NCBI GenBank assembly: GCA_033764955.1
Contig: JANRIL010000021.1
Span: 1-14,364, forward strand
Direction of reading: 5' to 3'
Length of the DNA: 14,364 bases
DNA from: Cyanobacteriota bacterium
GTDB taxonomy: Bacteria > Cyanobacteriota > Cyanobacteriia > Thermostichales > Thermostichaceae
This document shows positions 1 to 8,036 of the stretch, piece after piece. The notes under the pieces were generated by a model. That model saw only the letters and a list, made by a program, of their open reading frames with translations, was not told the origin of the DNA and made no database searches. Every line of letters begins with the position of its first letter. The stretch's first letter is position 1. Both the position numbers and the translations under genes were made by a program.

Positions 1-67
1 CTACTGCGGCTATCTTACTTGAGGGGTCGCCCTCCGGAAATCTTGCTCGATGCCAGGTCATTATCCC

Positions 68-103
68 CAAAATCCCCTCAGTATCCTTACCGAGGGGATT
101 TTG
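68..103 (-). terminator. Intrinsic terminator-like hairpin downstream of the LRR gene (possibly bidirectional)
   Basis: CAAAATCCCCTCAGTA-TCCT-TACCGAGGGGATTTTG forms a 16-bp stem with one mismatch that becomes a G-U pair on the minus strand. It lies about 70 bp past the LRR stop codon. Confidence 0.7.
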
Positions 104-174
104 CTCCTCTTATCCCTAAACAATACTCTCCACCTCTTTGAGGGTTATAGTGACTCATTTATGACAAGGAGAAG

Positions 175-1092
175 TTACTCAGAACAGACTAGATCGGTTG
201 AGAACCACGGTAATGGTTGCAGAGATGGACTGACACATAGTCCTGCATTCTTGTGAGCCTGGAAAATGGTTAGGCGGCTGAGTTGCCGAAACTCCTCCGG
301 GATCCGTCCGCTCAACTGGTTGTGATCCAGCCGTAGATCCCGCAATTGACTGAGATGAATCAGGCTATTGGGAAGGGATCCCTCCAACTGATTATGGCTG
401 AGGTAAAGTGCCTTAAGAGAGGGGAGAGATCCCAGTTGGGGAGGAATGGTTCCGCTTAGCTGGTTGTTGTTCAAAAATAAGCCTTCCAACGCCATTAACT
501 GAGACAGAGGGGGGGGAATGGTTCCGGTCAGTTGATTATTTTGTAAGACTAGATTTTGGAGGAGGGGCATCTGCCCCAATGTTGCCGGAATCTCTCCGCT
601 TAACTGGTTGTGATCCAAAAATAGCCCCCGCAACCCCTTTAGGTTGCCCAGTTCCGCTGGAATGGATCCCTGCAATTGGTTGTAGTCCAGAAAGAGGTTT
701 TCTAGTTTGCTCAATTGCCCCAGTTCAGGGGGAATAGTTCCGCTGAGTTGATTATGGCTGAGGGAGAGTCCTTGCAGACGACTGAGTTGACCTAGGGTAG
801 GTGGGATCCTCCCCGTCAAGTTTTGCCGATCTAACACCAATCCGATCACACATTGCTCGGTATCCCAACCCGTCACGGTTTCCATCGCCAAGTCAGGCCG
901 ACCCATGGCAGCAAGAGCCTGCTTGACCAGAAGAGGATCCTGCTGTTGACAGGTGGGTGGCAATGCCGATTGGGATCCCCACGTGGTCTGGGATCCCCAA
1001 CCGAGCAGCAGTAGCCCGATCATCCAGCAACCTCTCGCCCCCTGGGATCCTAGCAGAGATGAGATTATGATCGACAGTCTAGATGGCAGCAT
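175..1092 (-). CDS. Leucine-rich repeat protein with plant-specific-type 24-aa LRRs, probably exported
   Basis: Eight tandem LxLxxNxLsGxIPxxLgxLxxLxx repeats, a Cys-containing N-cap, an NAGLC C-cap and a hydrophobic N-terminal segment (CWMIGLLLLGWG). ATG at 1092 is preferred over the track's TTG at 1152 because AAGGAG lies about 9 nt upstream. Confidence 0.9.
   Translation of the reverse strand: MLPSRLSIIISSLLGSQGARGCWMIGLLLLGWGSQTTWGSQSALPPTCQQQDPLLVKQALAAMGRPDLAMETVTGWDTEQCVIGLVLDRQNLTGRIPPTLGQLSRLQGLSLSHNQLSGTIPPELGQLSKLENLFLDYNQLQGSIPAELGNLKGLRGLFLDHNQLSGEIPATLGQMPLLQNLVLQNNQLTGTIPPPLSQLMALEGLFLNNNQLSGTIPPQLGSLPSLKALYLSHNQLEGSLPNSLIHLSQLRDLRLDHNQLSGRIPEEFRQLSRLTIFQAHKNAGLCVSPSLQPLPWFSTDLVCSE
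265..840 (-). repeat. Eight in-frame 72-bp (24-aa) LRR coding units
   Basis: Exact 24-residue periodicity from LVLDRQNLTGRIP (starts at 840) through LRLDHNQLSGRIPEEFRQLSRLTI (ends at 265): 8 x 72 = 576 bp. Confidence 0.9.
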
Positions 1093-1168
1093 CAACTCGC
1101 TCTCCTTGCTAATCGGCTTGGATCCTGCCGCTTTTTTACCCAGCGATGGCAAACTCCTACAGGAAACT

Positions 1169-2548
1169 TTAGCTTTGATTGGCCGTGATGCGTAGCCGCT
1201 CAGCTAGCTGTTGGAGTTGACGGGTAAATTGCAGATTTTCCTTACTCATTTGGGTGACTTTTTCAATGCTATAAAGAACGGTGGTGTGATCTTTTCCCCC
1301 CAACGCCTCGCCAATTTTGGGCAAGCTCAGTTCCGTATAATGCCTCATTAAATACATGCCTATTTGTCGAGCCTGACTAATTTCTCGTTTGCGGGTGTTG
1401 CTAAGCAGATCCTCTCGACTCACATGAAATTCCTCGCAGATCACATTTAACACTGTATCGCTGGTGATTTCTTTCGGCTCGAGGGGGGGATTCAAGATGG
1501 GTTCAATATTTTCCACCGTCATGGCCAACCCAGAAATGGAAACGAAGGCCACAGCTCGAATCAGCGCTCCTTCCAATTCACGGATGTTATTGGTGTAGGT
1601 GGAGGCAATATATTGAATGACGTCGGGGGGCAGATGCATCCCTTCGTATTCTGCTTTTTTCTGCAAAATTGCCATACGGGTTTCAATATCGGGGGATTGA
1701 ATCTCTGCAATTAATCCCATCGAAAACCGAGAACACAGCCGTTCTTGCAAACGGGGAATTAAATGGGGGGATCGATCCGCTGCTAAGATAATCTGTTTTC
1801 CCGATTCATGGAGGGTATTAAAGGTGTGAAAAAATTCCTCCTGAGTATATTCTTTTCCCTCGATAAATTGAATGTCATCCACTAGTAAAATATCTACATC
1901 TCGATAGTGCTCCCGAAAGGCTTGCATACTTCCCCGTTGGATGGCGTCGATCAGATCATTGGTGAAGCGTTCGGTGGAGACATAAAAGATTTTGGAGCGC
2001 TGGTTAGCCTCCAGCCGATAGTGCCCAATTGCCTGCATCAAGTGGGTTTTACCCAGCCCCACGCCGCCACACAAAAAGAGGGGATTATAGGCTCGTCCCG
2101 GCATATCCGCCACCGCCAAAGCTGCCGCATGAGCCATCCGGTTATTTGGCCCCACCACGAAGCGGGAGAAAGTGTATTTGGGGTTGAGGTTCGGGGAGCG
2201 CAGGGGAACTCCATTTGTGGGTTCCGGCGCGGGCAGCAGACTGGCTTCCGGTAGATTGACCCGCCCCATGTCCTCTTCCGCCTGGGGATCCACCAAAAAC
2301 TCTACGCTCAGAGGGATCCCGGCCACTGCCTGGACAATTTCGGTAATGGTGGAAGCGTAATATTTTTGTAACCAACTGCGGGCAAAATCGCTGGGGGTGG
2401 AAATCCGCAGGCAGTTATCGGTGAGGGATTGGGCTTTGGCCGTTTTGATCCACACCTCAAATGTGGGGCGGCTGAGTTGAACTTGCAGGTGCCCTAGCAC
2501 CTGTTCCCAAAATTTTTCGAGCGAGGTTTCTACAGGTGTTGGATTCAC
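1169..2548 (-). CDS. dnaA: Chromosomal replication initiator protein DnaA
   Basis: [30 protein letters not shown] (Walker A), LLVDDIQF (Walker B), [20 protein letters not shown] and domain [13 protein letters not shown] start, 459 aa. Confidence 0.99.
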   Translation of the reverse strand: MNPTPVETSLEKFWEQVLGHLQVQLSRPTFEVWIKTAKAQSLTDNCLRISTPSDFARSWLQKYYASTITEIVQAVAGIPLSVEFLVDPQAEEDMGRVNLPEASLLPAPEPTNGVPLRSPNLNPKYTFSRFVVGPNNRMAHAAALAVADMPGRAYNPLFLCGGVGLGKTHLMQAIGHYRLEANQRSKIFYVSTERFTNDLIDAIQRGSMQAFREHYRDVDILLVDDIQFIEGKEYTQEEFFHTFNTLHESGKQIILAADRSPHLIPRLQERLCSRFSMGLIAEIQSPDIETRMAILQKKAEYEGMHLPPDVIQYIASTYTNNIRELEGALIRAVAFVSISGLAMTVENIEPILNPPLEPKEITSDTVLNVICEEFHVSREDLLSNTRKREISQARQIGMYLMRHYTELSLPKIGEALGGKDHTTVLYSIEKVTQMSKENLQFTRQLQQLAERLRITANQS

Positions 2549-2799
2549 AGCAAGTCACCCAGGAAACAATGGAGGGTACTCAGGAATGGCAGCCTAGCTG
2601 ATATTAAACATGCAAGTGGCCTGAGAAGGTTATGCCCCACCACCCCTCTAGGTGGGAAACCCTATCGGCTAGCCTCTGAGATTTATCACTTTAGCTGGTG
2701 ATCCTGTTTCAGCCAATCTGGTGTAAAACCAGAAAGTTCGCTATGATCTGATGTCCATGCCAAATTTTATCTTCACCCCAGCGAAGGGACGACCGGATT

Positions 2800-2940
2800 A
2801 TGACCAAGCGAACTCTGCGTGGAACTGCCCGCAAAAGGCTACGGGTTTCGGGCTTTCGGGCACGGATGGCTACCCCAGGAGGACGGCGAGTTATTCAGCG
2901 CCGCCGTAGCCGTGGGCGAGCGCGTCTAGCGGTACAGTAG
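2800..2940 (+). CDS. rpmH: 50S ribosomal protein L34 (46 aa, not in the ORF track)
   Basis: Manual translation [46 protein letters not shown] carries the L34 signature KRT...GFRARM.T..GR.V..RRR..GR..L and lies directly upstream of rnpA. Confidence 0.98.
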   Translation: MTKRTLRGTARKRLRVSGFRARMATPGGRRVIQRRRSRGRARLAVQ

Positions 2941-2983
2941 CGGTGATGACTACTCACCGGGATCCCTAACCGACATTGCGGCC

Positions 2984-3421
2984 ATGCTATCGGCTCGTTA
3001 CCGCCTGAGGCGTCGTTCCACTTTTGACCAAATCTACAAACAAGGCAAACGGCAATCCTGTCCTCTTTTTTCCCTGTCCTGGATACCAATGACGGGATCC
3101 TCAGCCGCCTCACCCCCTCAAATTGCTGTCGTGGTCAGCAAAAAAGTCTGCCGTCACGCCGTAGGACGTAACCGAGTCAAACGAAGGTTGCGGGCGGCTA
3201 TCCGTCACCTTCTACCCCAGGTGCCTACGGGTTACTGGCTGGTCTTGACCGCCCGCACCCCTGTCCTTACGAGTGATTGGTCAACTATCCTCCGACAGCT
3301 TCAGGAACTTCTCCAGAAAATTCCCCTGCCCCCCCATCCGGAAGGGGCAAGTAAGCGATTTGGAGCGAATCCGCAGGCTGGGTTTTGTAAAACTGAGAAA
3401 GATATTAAGATCAGTAAATAA
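2984..3421 (+). CDS. rnpA: Ribonuclease P protein component
   Basis: N-terminal RLRRRSTFDQIY and the RNR motif VSKKVCRHAVGRNRVKRRLR. Canonical position after rpmH. Has a C-terminal tail of about 30 aa. Confidence 0.96.
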   Translation: MLSARYRLRRRSTFDQIYKQGKRQSCPLFSLSWIPMTGSSAASPPQIAVVVSKKVCRHAVGRNRVKRRLRAAIRHLLPQVPTGYWLVLTARTPVLTSDWSTILRQLQELLQKIPLPPHPEGASKRFGANPQAGFCKTEKDIKISK

Positions 3422-3446
3422 TTCATCCTAGGGGTAAGGGAACCGC

Positions 3447-4070
3447 ATGGCATTAAAAGAAGAAACATTTTTTGAGGGTGGTCCCCACACCGGCGATTTA
3501 GTTGTCAACAGCTTGGTGGGTGCTACGATCATCGGCCTGCCTCTGTTTGTGGGATCCCTAGTGCGTAAGGTGTGGGTGAAGTACCGTATCACCAGCCGCC
3601 GCATCACGGTGATTGGAGGCTGGGGAGGCAAAGATCGCTCAGACGTTATTTATAGCGAGATTGCCAAGGTGGTAATTGTTCCTCGCCTAGGGGGATGGGG
3701 AGATATGGTGCTTACCCTCAAAGATGGCAGTCGCCTAGAGTTACGATCCCTGCCCCGTTTCCGTGAAATTTATGACTACATTAATCAGCGCATTGATGAA
3801 AAAGCCCAACAGGTGAGTGGTGCTATCGGTCAAAAGACGGTGACTCGTCCGGCCAAAACCCGTCCAGTCCCATTGGATCCCTCCGATCCAGGAGAGATCG
3901 AGGCTAAGGAGCCCTTAGAGGAGGTGGATGCTAACCCGCGGGTTGGATTTACCGACTATGCCGAAACCTTGAATGGGCGGCTCGCCATGATCGGATTTTT
4001 AACTCTCTTGGCTCTGGAGCTGGTCACCCACAAAACTCTAATTGAACTGATCACAGGAGGCGGATCCTGA
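3447..4070 (+). CDS. Fusion of the conserved cyanobacterial PH-like (bPH_2, Slr1470-like) membrane protein with a C-terminal HLIP/CAB chlorophyll-binding helix
   Basis: The first ~130 aa (EETFFEGGPHTGDL...YRITSRRITV.GG...WGDMVLTLKDGSRLELRSLPRFREIYDYI) match the protein that follows rnpA in cyanobacteria. The C-terminus GFTDYAETLNGRLAMIGF (3945-3998) has the ExxNGRxAMxG CAB/ELIP/HLIP motif. Confidence 0.9.
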   Translation: MALKEETFFEGGPHTGDLVVNSLVGATIIGLPLFVGSLVRKVWVKYRITSRRITVIGGWGGKDRSDVIYSEIAKVVIVPRLGGWGDMVLTLKDGSRLELRSLPRFREIYDYINQRIDEKAQQVSGAIGQKTVTRPAKTRPVPLDPSDPGEIEAKEPLEEVDANPRVGFTDYAETLNGRLAMIGFLTLLALELVTHKTLIELITGGGS

Positions 4071-4075
4071 TCCTA

Positions 4076-5272
4076 GTGACAACCGATCATGAGAGTTGTG
4101 TCCCACGGGTTGCCCTTGTCCATGACTATTTGATCAAACAGGGGGGATCCGAAAATGTGGTGCAAGCCCTGCACGCCCTCTTCCCAGAAGCGCCCCTCTA
4201 CAGCAGCCTCTATGCCCGTGAGCTGATGCCCCCAGAATGGCAGGCTCTATCCATTCACACCTCCTTCCTCCAGGCATGGGCTGAACGCGGCGGGATTTTC
4301 CGAGTAGATTATCAGTCGCGGCTCAAGTTTTTGTTGCCCTTTATGCCGCTTGCCTATGAAAGCTTTAATTTCACAGGTTATGACTGTGTGATTAGCAGTT
4401 GTCATGCCTATGCCAAAGGGATCCTCACGGGATGCGAAACCCTCCATATCAGCTACCTACACAGCCCTACCCGCTACCTCTGGCAGGCGAGCGAAACCTA
4501 TAGCCAACAGGGATTACGGCAACGCTGGCAACAGCCCCTCAGTCAGTGGCTCCTCCACCGCCTCCGGCAATGGGATCTGTTAGCTGCCCAACGCCCAGAT
4601 TATTTAATTGCCAATTCTCACTACATTCGGCGGCAGATTGAAAAGTTTTATCGTCGTTCTGCCACGGTGATTTACCCCCCCGTGGATGTGGAGTTTTTTC
4701 AGCCTGTCGATCACCCCAGCCAAGATTATGATCTGGTGGCCTGCCGCCTAGTGCCTTATAAGCGAGTGGATATCGCCATCCAAGCCTACAACCATTTGCA
4801 ACGCCGCTTGGTTGTTGTGGGGGAAGGCCCCGAATTGCCCCGCCTCCAAGAGATGGCTGGCTCCACCATTGAATTTCTCCCCCACCAATCCCGTTCCGCT
4901 CTAAGGGGATTATTTGCCCATTGCCGCGCTTTTGTTTTTCCCTGGGCAGAAGATTTTGGCATCACCCCCGTAGAGGTACAAGCCTGTGGTCGGCCTGTGA
5001 TTGCCCTCAATCAAGGGGGAGCCAAGGAGACGATTGTGCCCGGTCAAACAGGCATTTTGTTTAACCAACCTACTCCAGAAGGATTAGCACAGGCTATTCT
5101 GGCCTTTGATCAGCAAGCTTGGGATCCCCAGGTAATTCGCCGACAGGCTGAGTCTTTCTCCCACAAACGTTTTGTGGTTGAGACGGAGCAATTTGTTCAA
5201 CAAGCTTGGCAGAATTTTCGTCAGGCTAGCTCATTTCCTAAGGCAGCCACTAAAACTCATCCTGCAAGCTGA
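4076..5272 (+). CDS. Glycosyltransferase family 4 (GT-B, WbaZ-like mannosyltransferase type)
   Basis: RVALVHDYL...GGSE, IANS, VIYPPVD, RLVPYKRVD and EDFGITPVEVQACGRPVIA (E-X7-E motif). GTG start 5 bp after the previous stop; the exact start is uncertain. Confidence 0.93.
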   Translation: MTTDHESCVPRVALVHDYLIKQGGSENVVQALHALFPEAPLYSSLYARELMPPEWQALSIHTSFLQAWAERGGIFRVDYQSRLKFLLPFMPLAYESFNFTGYDCVISSCHAYAKGILTGCETLHISYLHSPTRYLWQASETYSQQGLRQRWQQPLSQWLLHRLRQWDLLAAQRPDYLIANSHYIRRQIEKFYRRSATVIYPPVDVEFFQPVDHPSQDYDLVACRLVPYKRVDIAIQAYNHLQRRLVVVGEGPELPRLQEMAGSTIEFLPHQSRSALRGLFAHCRAFVFPWAEDFGITPVEVQACGRPVIALNQGGAKETIVPGQTGILFNQPTPEGLAQAILAFDQQAWDPQVIRRQAESFSHKRFVVETEQFVQQAWQNFRQASSFPKAATKTHPAS

Positions 5273-6401
5273 GCAGGACAGAGCTACTCAGGCGGTTCAG
5301 CCACCCTTCTAAGTAGGGTTGATTGCTTTTTTGCTGCTCTGGATCTTGGGTATTGAGGGGATAGGGAGCCAATCCACGAATGACCGCCGAGGTCACACAA
5401 AACATAGACTTTTGAAAACTTTGGCAAATCTGCACCCGCAAGTCATCTTCTCCTCGCAGACTGCGTCGATAAATATCAAGGAGATAGTCCGGCAGATGGT
5501 GACGCATATCCTGCATGAGGAGAGTGGGAGGAATGCCAGCACTGCCTACAGGCAAGGGATCCGCATAGAGTGCCCCATAGGTAAAGTTTTCCAACTCCAC
5601 GGGAATTTGGTGGGCTTGGGCATTGTAAGAAATTGTGCCCATAAAGGGGAATGACCGGAAAAAGACAGCTTCCACGTAGGGCACGGCTGTATCGGCTAAA
5701 AAGGTTAGGCCGACGGTTGCCGGAATCAAGTCAAAGCGTTGCCCATTAATTTCTGGAGCATAGGTAATGGGTTTATTGGCGGCCTCCACCAAAGCCTGTA
5801 AAACGTGATCAACCACCTGGGGAATAGTGGTAATTTCTCCCTGATCATAGCGATCCGAAAGATGAAGGAACATCGCACTCATCACTCGCCAAAACTGACC
5901 TAGACCACTGGTATAAGCCAACTGACGAATTTGTTCAGGCAAAAAATCAGGGAAGAGCAGGTGCAAGCCTTTGATGATCGGATTGTGGCGCAACTTGAGA
6001 GCAATCGCTTGCTGACAACGCTCCTTAAATTCCGGTGAGTCAAGATGGTGATCCAAGCCTCCGCCACCGTGCCAGAGCATGGCTTTCATACAATATTCGG
6101 CAAACTCATAGTTGATCCGATCATGCCACCAATGGCGAAATAACTTAGACCAACTAAACTCACCATCAAAGTATTTGAAGAAGGGAAATAGCTCTAAAAA
6201 CTGATGATCGGCAATATACAAAAGATTGCGCGAATAAGCAGACAACACGACCCCATAACTTTTCAGAATACCCACCACTTCCAGCAGGTTTTGGGGGGTG
6301 TCAGGAATTAATGCGCCCCCAGTGGATAATCGCTGAGCAATCGGTTGTAACAAACGGGAAGAAACCATAACCGGAGGGGAGGGAGAAGAGGTGGATATCA
6401 T
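5250..6401 (-). CDS. cupB: CO2 hydration protein CupB (ChpX) of the NDH-1(4) complex
   Basis: HDRINYEFAEYCMKAMLWHGGGGLD, PYVEAVFFR, SYNAQAHQIP, YGALYADPLPVGSAGIPPTLLMQDM. The 383-aa length fits CupB rather than the longer CupA, and no cupS follows. Confidence 0.92.
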   Translation of the reverse strand: MISTSSPSPPVMVSSRLLQPIAQRLSTGGALIPDTPQNLLEVVGILKSYGVVLSAYSRNLLYIADHQFLELFPFFKYFDGEFSWSKLFRHWWHDRINYEFAEYCMKAMLWHGGGGLDHHLDSPEFKERCQQAIALKLRHNPIIKGLHLLFPDFLPEQIRQLAYTSGLGQFWRVMSAMFLHLSDRYDQGEITTIPQVVDHVLQALVEAANKPITYAPEINGQRFDLIPATVGLTFLADTAVPYVEAVFFRSFPFMGTISYNAQAHQIPVELENFTYGALYADPLPVGSAGIPPTLLMQDMRHHLPDYLLDIYRRSLRGEDDLRVQICQSFQKSMFCVTSAVIRGLAPYPLNTQDPEQQKSNQPYLEGWLNRLSSSVLLSLQDEF

Positions 6402-6406
6402 GGTGA

Positions 6407-7969
6407 TTATCCTAGGCTATCCAAGGAAAAAGTAGCCGAAAAACTCTTGAGCAAGGTGGAGATTGCTCCCAGGGATCCGGATAGCTCTCCAGCTAGGGGA
6501 AGGGGTGTATGGCTGTGAGCCAGCGCGATAGCCGAGGTAGTCGTTTCTACCCAGTCCAGGATCCAGTTGGGCTGTAGCCCCAAGAGAACCACCACCACCG
6601 CCAAAACAGCCGCCGGAAGCCGTTCATACAGTTGACGGCGGGGCATCCGAATCGCTTGATCGGAAAGTCTGCCAAAAAAGGCGCGGTTAACCAGCAGCAA
6701 AAAGTAAGCTGCCGTCAATCCAGTGCCCAGCATACACAGCAGGGTTTGGACGGGGAATACCTCAAAGCTGCTGCGAAAAACAATAAATTCTGCAATGAAT
6801 CCCACCATCCCCGGTGTTCCCGCACTAGCCATCACCCCCAAAATCATCAGGGATCCCACTAGGGGTAGGCCCCGTTCCGGATTGAGTAGCCCCTGCAATC
6901 GCCGCAGATCCCGTGTGCCTGTGTTGGTATAGACCGCCCCCACCAACAAAAACAGTAACGCGGAAATCAACCCATGACTGACCATCTGAAAAACGGATCC
7001 CAGCAAGCTGAGGGGAGTGGCCGCTGCCACCGCCAACAACACATACCCCATGTGTGCCACCGAGCCATAGGCCACGAGTTTTTTCATGTCCTGCTGAGCC
7101 AGCGCATTTAGGGATCCATAGATCACGTTGACGACAGCTAAGGCGGCTAACCAGGGAGCCAAGACCTGCCATCCTTCCGGCAACAAATCCAAACCAAAGC
7201 GAATCAGGCCATAGGTTCCCAGTTTCAGGAGGATCCCTGCCAATAGCACGGATACGGGAGTAGAGGCTTCGACGTGGGCATCCGGCAGCCAGGTATGGAG
7301 AGGAACCAAGGGGATTTTAATGCCCAGACCCAGTAGCAGCGGGAGCAGCAGCAACAGTTGTTGAGGGAGAGGAATGGAGTGCTGCCGCAGCACCGCCAAA
7401 CTAAAGCTGCCGGTTCCACTCAGCCAGGTGATGCCAAAAAAGGCCGCCAACAGCAGAATGCCGGAAAACGCGGTGTAGATTAAGAATTTAGCCGAAGCAT
7501 ACCCCCGCCGGGATCCCCCCCAGATGGCGATCAGCAGATAGAGGGGGATCAATTCCACTTCGTAAAACAGAAAAAACAGCAACAAATTCTGCGCCAAAAA
7601 AGCCCCCACCACCCCCGCCTGCAAGAGCAGGATCAGGCTGTAATAAAAGCGAGGCCGTTGCAAGGTACGAACGCTACTCCAGACCGCTACCATCACCAAC
7701 AGGTTGTTCAAAACTAGCAAGGGCAGGGATAAGCCATCCACTCCCAACTCATAGACCAAGCCCAGCGGCGGGATCCACGCCTGATATTCCCCCAGTTGGA
7801 TGCCAGGGATCCCCATCTGAAAATGCCCGATCACCACCCCTGTCCAGGCTAAATCCAAGAGCGCCACTACGAGGGCGATGGAGCGGATGAGTTGGGGAGA
7901 GGAACGGGTAGGCAGGAGACTAATCAGGATTGCCCCTACGATAGGAACCAAAATGAGGATGGATAGCAT
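6407..7969 (-). CDS. ndhD4: NAD(P)H dehydrogenase subunit 4 (NuoM-like), CO2-uptake paralogue NdhD4
   Basis: LGVDGLSLPL, FFLFYEVELIPLY, KIPLVPLHTWLPDAHVEA, LLKLGTYG and GLLNPERGLP. Lies between ndhF and cupB. Confidence 0.92.
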   Translation of the reverse strand: MLSILILVPIVGAILISLLPTRSSPQLIRSIALVVALLDLAWTGVVIGHFQMGIPGIQLGEYQAWIPPLGLVYELGVDGLSLPLLVLNNLLVMVAVWSSVRTLQRPRFYYSLILLLQAGVVGAFLAQNLLLFFLFYEVELIPLYLLIAIWGGSRRGYASAKFLIYTAFSGILLLAAFFGITWLSGTGSFSLAVLRQHSIPLPQQLLLLLPLLLGLGIKIPLVPLHTWLPDAHVEASTPVSVLLAGILLKLGTYGLIRFGLDLLPEGWQVLAPWLAALAVVNVIYGSLNALAQQDMKKLVAYGSVAHMGYVLLAVAAATPLSLLGSVFQMVSHGLISALLFLLVGAVYTNTGTRDLRRLQGLLNPERGLPLVGSLMILGVMASAGTPGMVGFIAEFIVFRSSFEVFPVQTLLCMLGTGLTAAYFLLLVNRAFFGRLSDQAIRMPRRQLYERLPAAVLAVVVVLLGLQPNWILDWVETTTSAIALAHSHTPLPLAGELSGSLGAISTLLKSFSATFSLDSLG

Positions 7970-8036
7970 AGCCAGCAGGGAGGAGGAGACGTGGGTAAAT
8001 CAAGGGCAGCCAAACACAGAAATTCAGGATAAGCCG

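Noticed and set aside
1..67. Possible 3' end of an upstream plus-strand gene
   Set aside because: Too short to assign a frame or product.
2549..2799. oriC or DnaA-box cluster between dnaA and rpmH
   Set aside because: No TTWTNCACA consensus boxes found, only 2-mismatch candidates, and no obvious AT-rich unwinding element.
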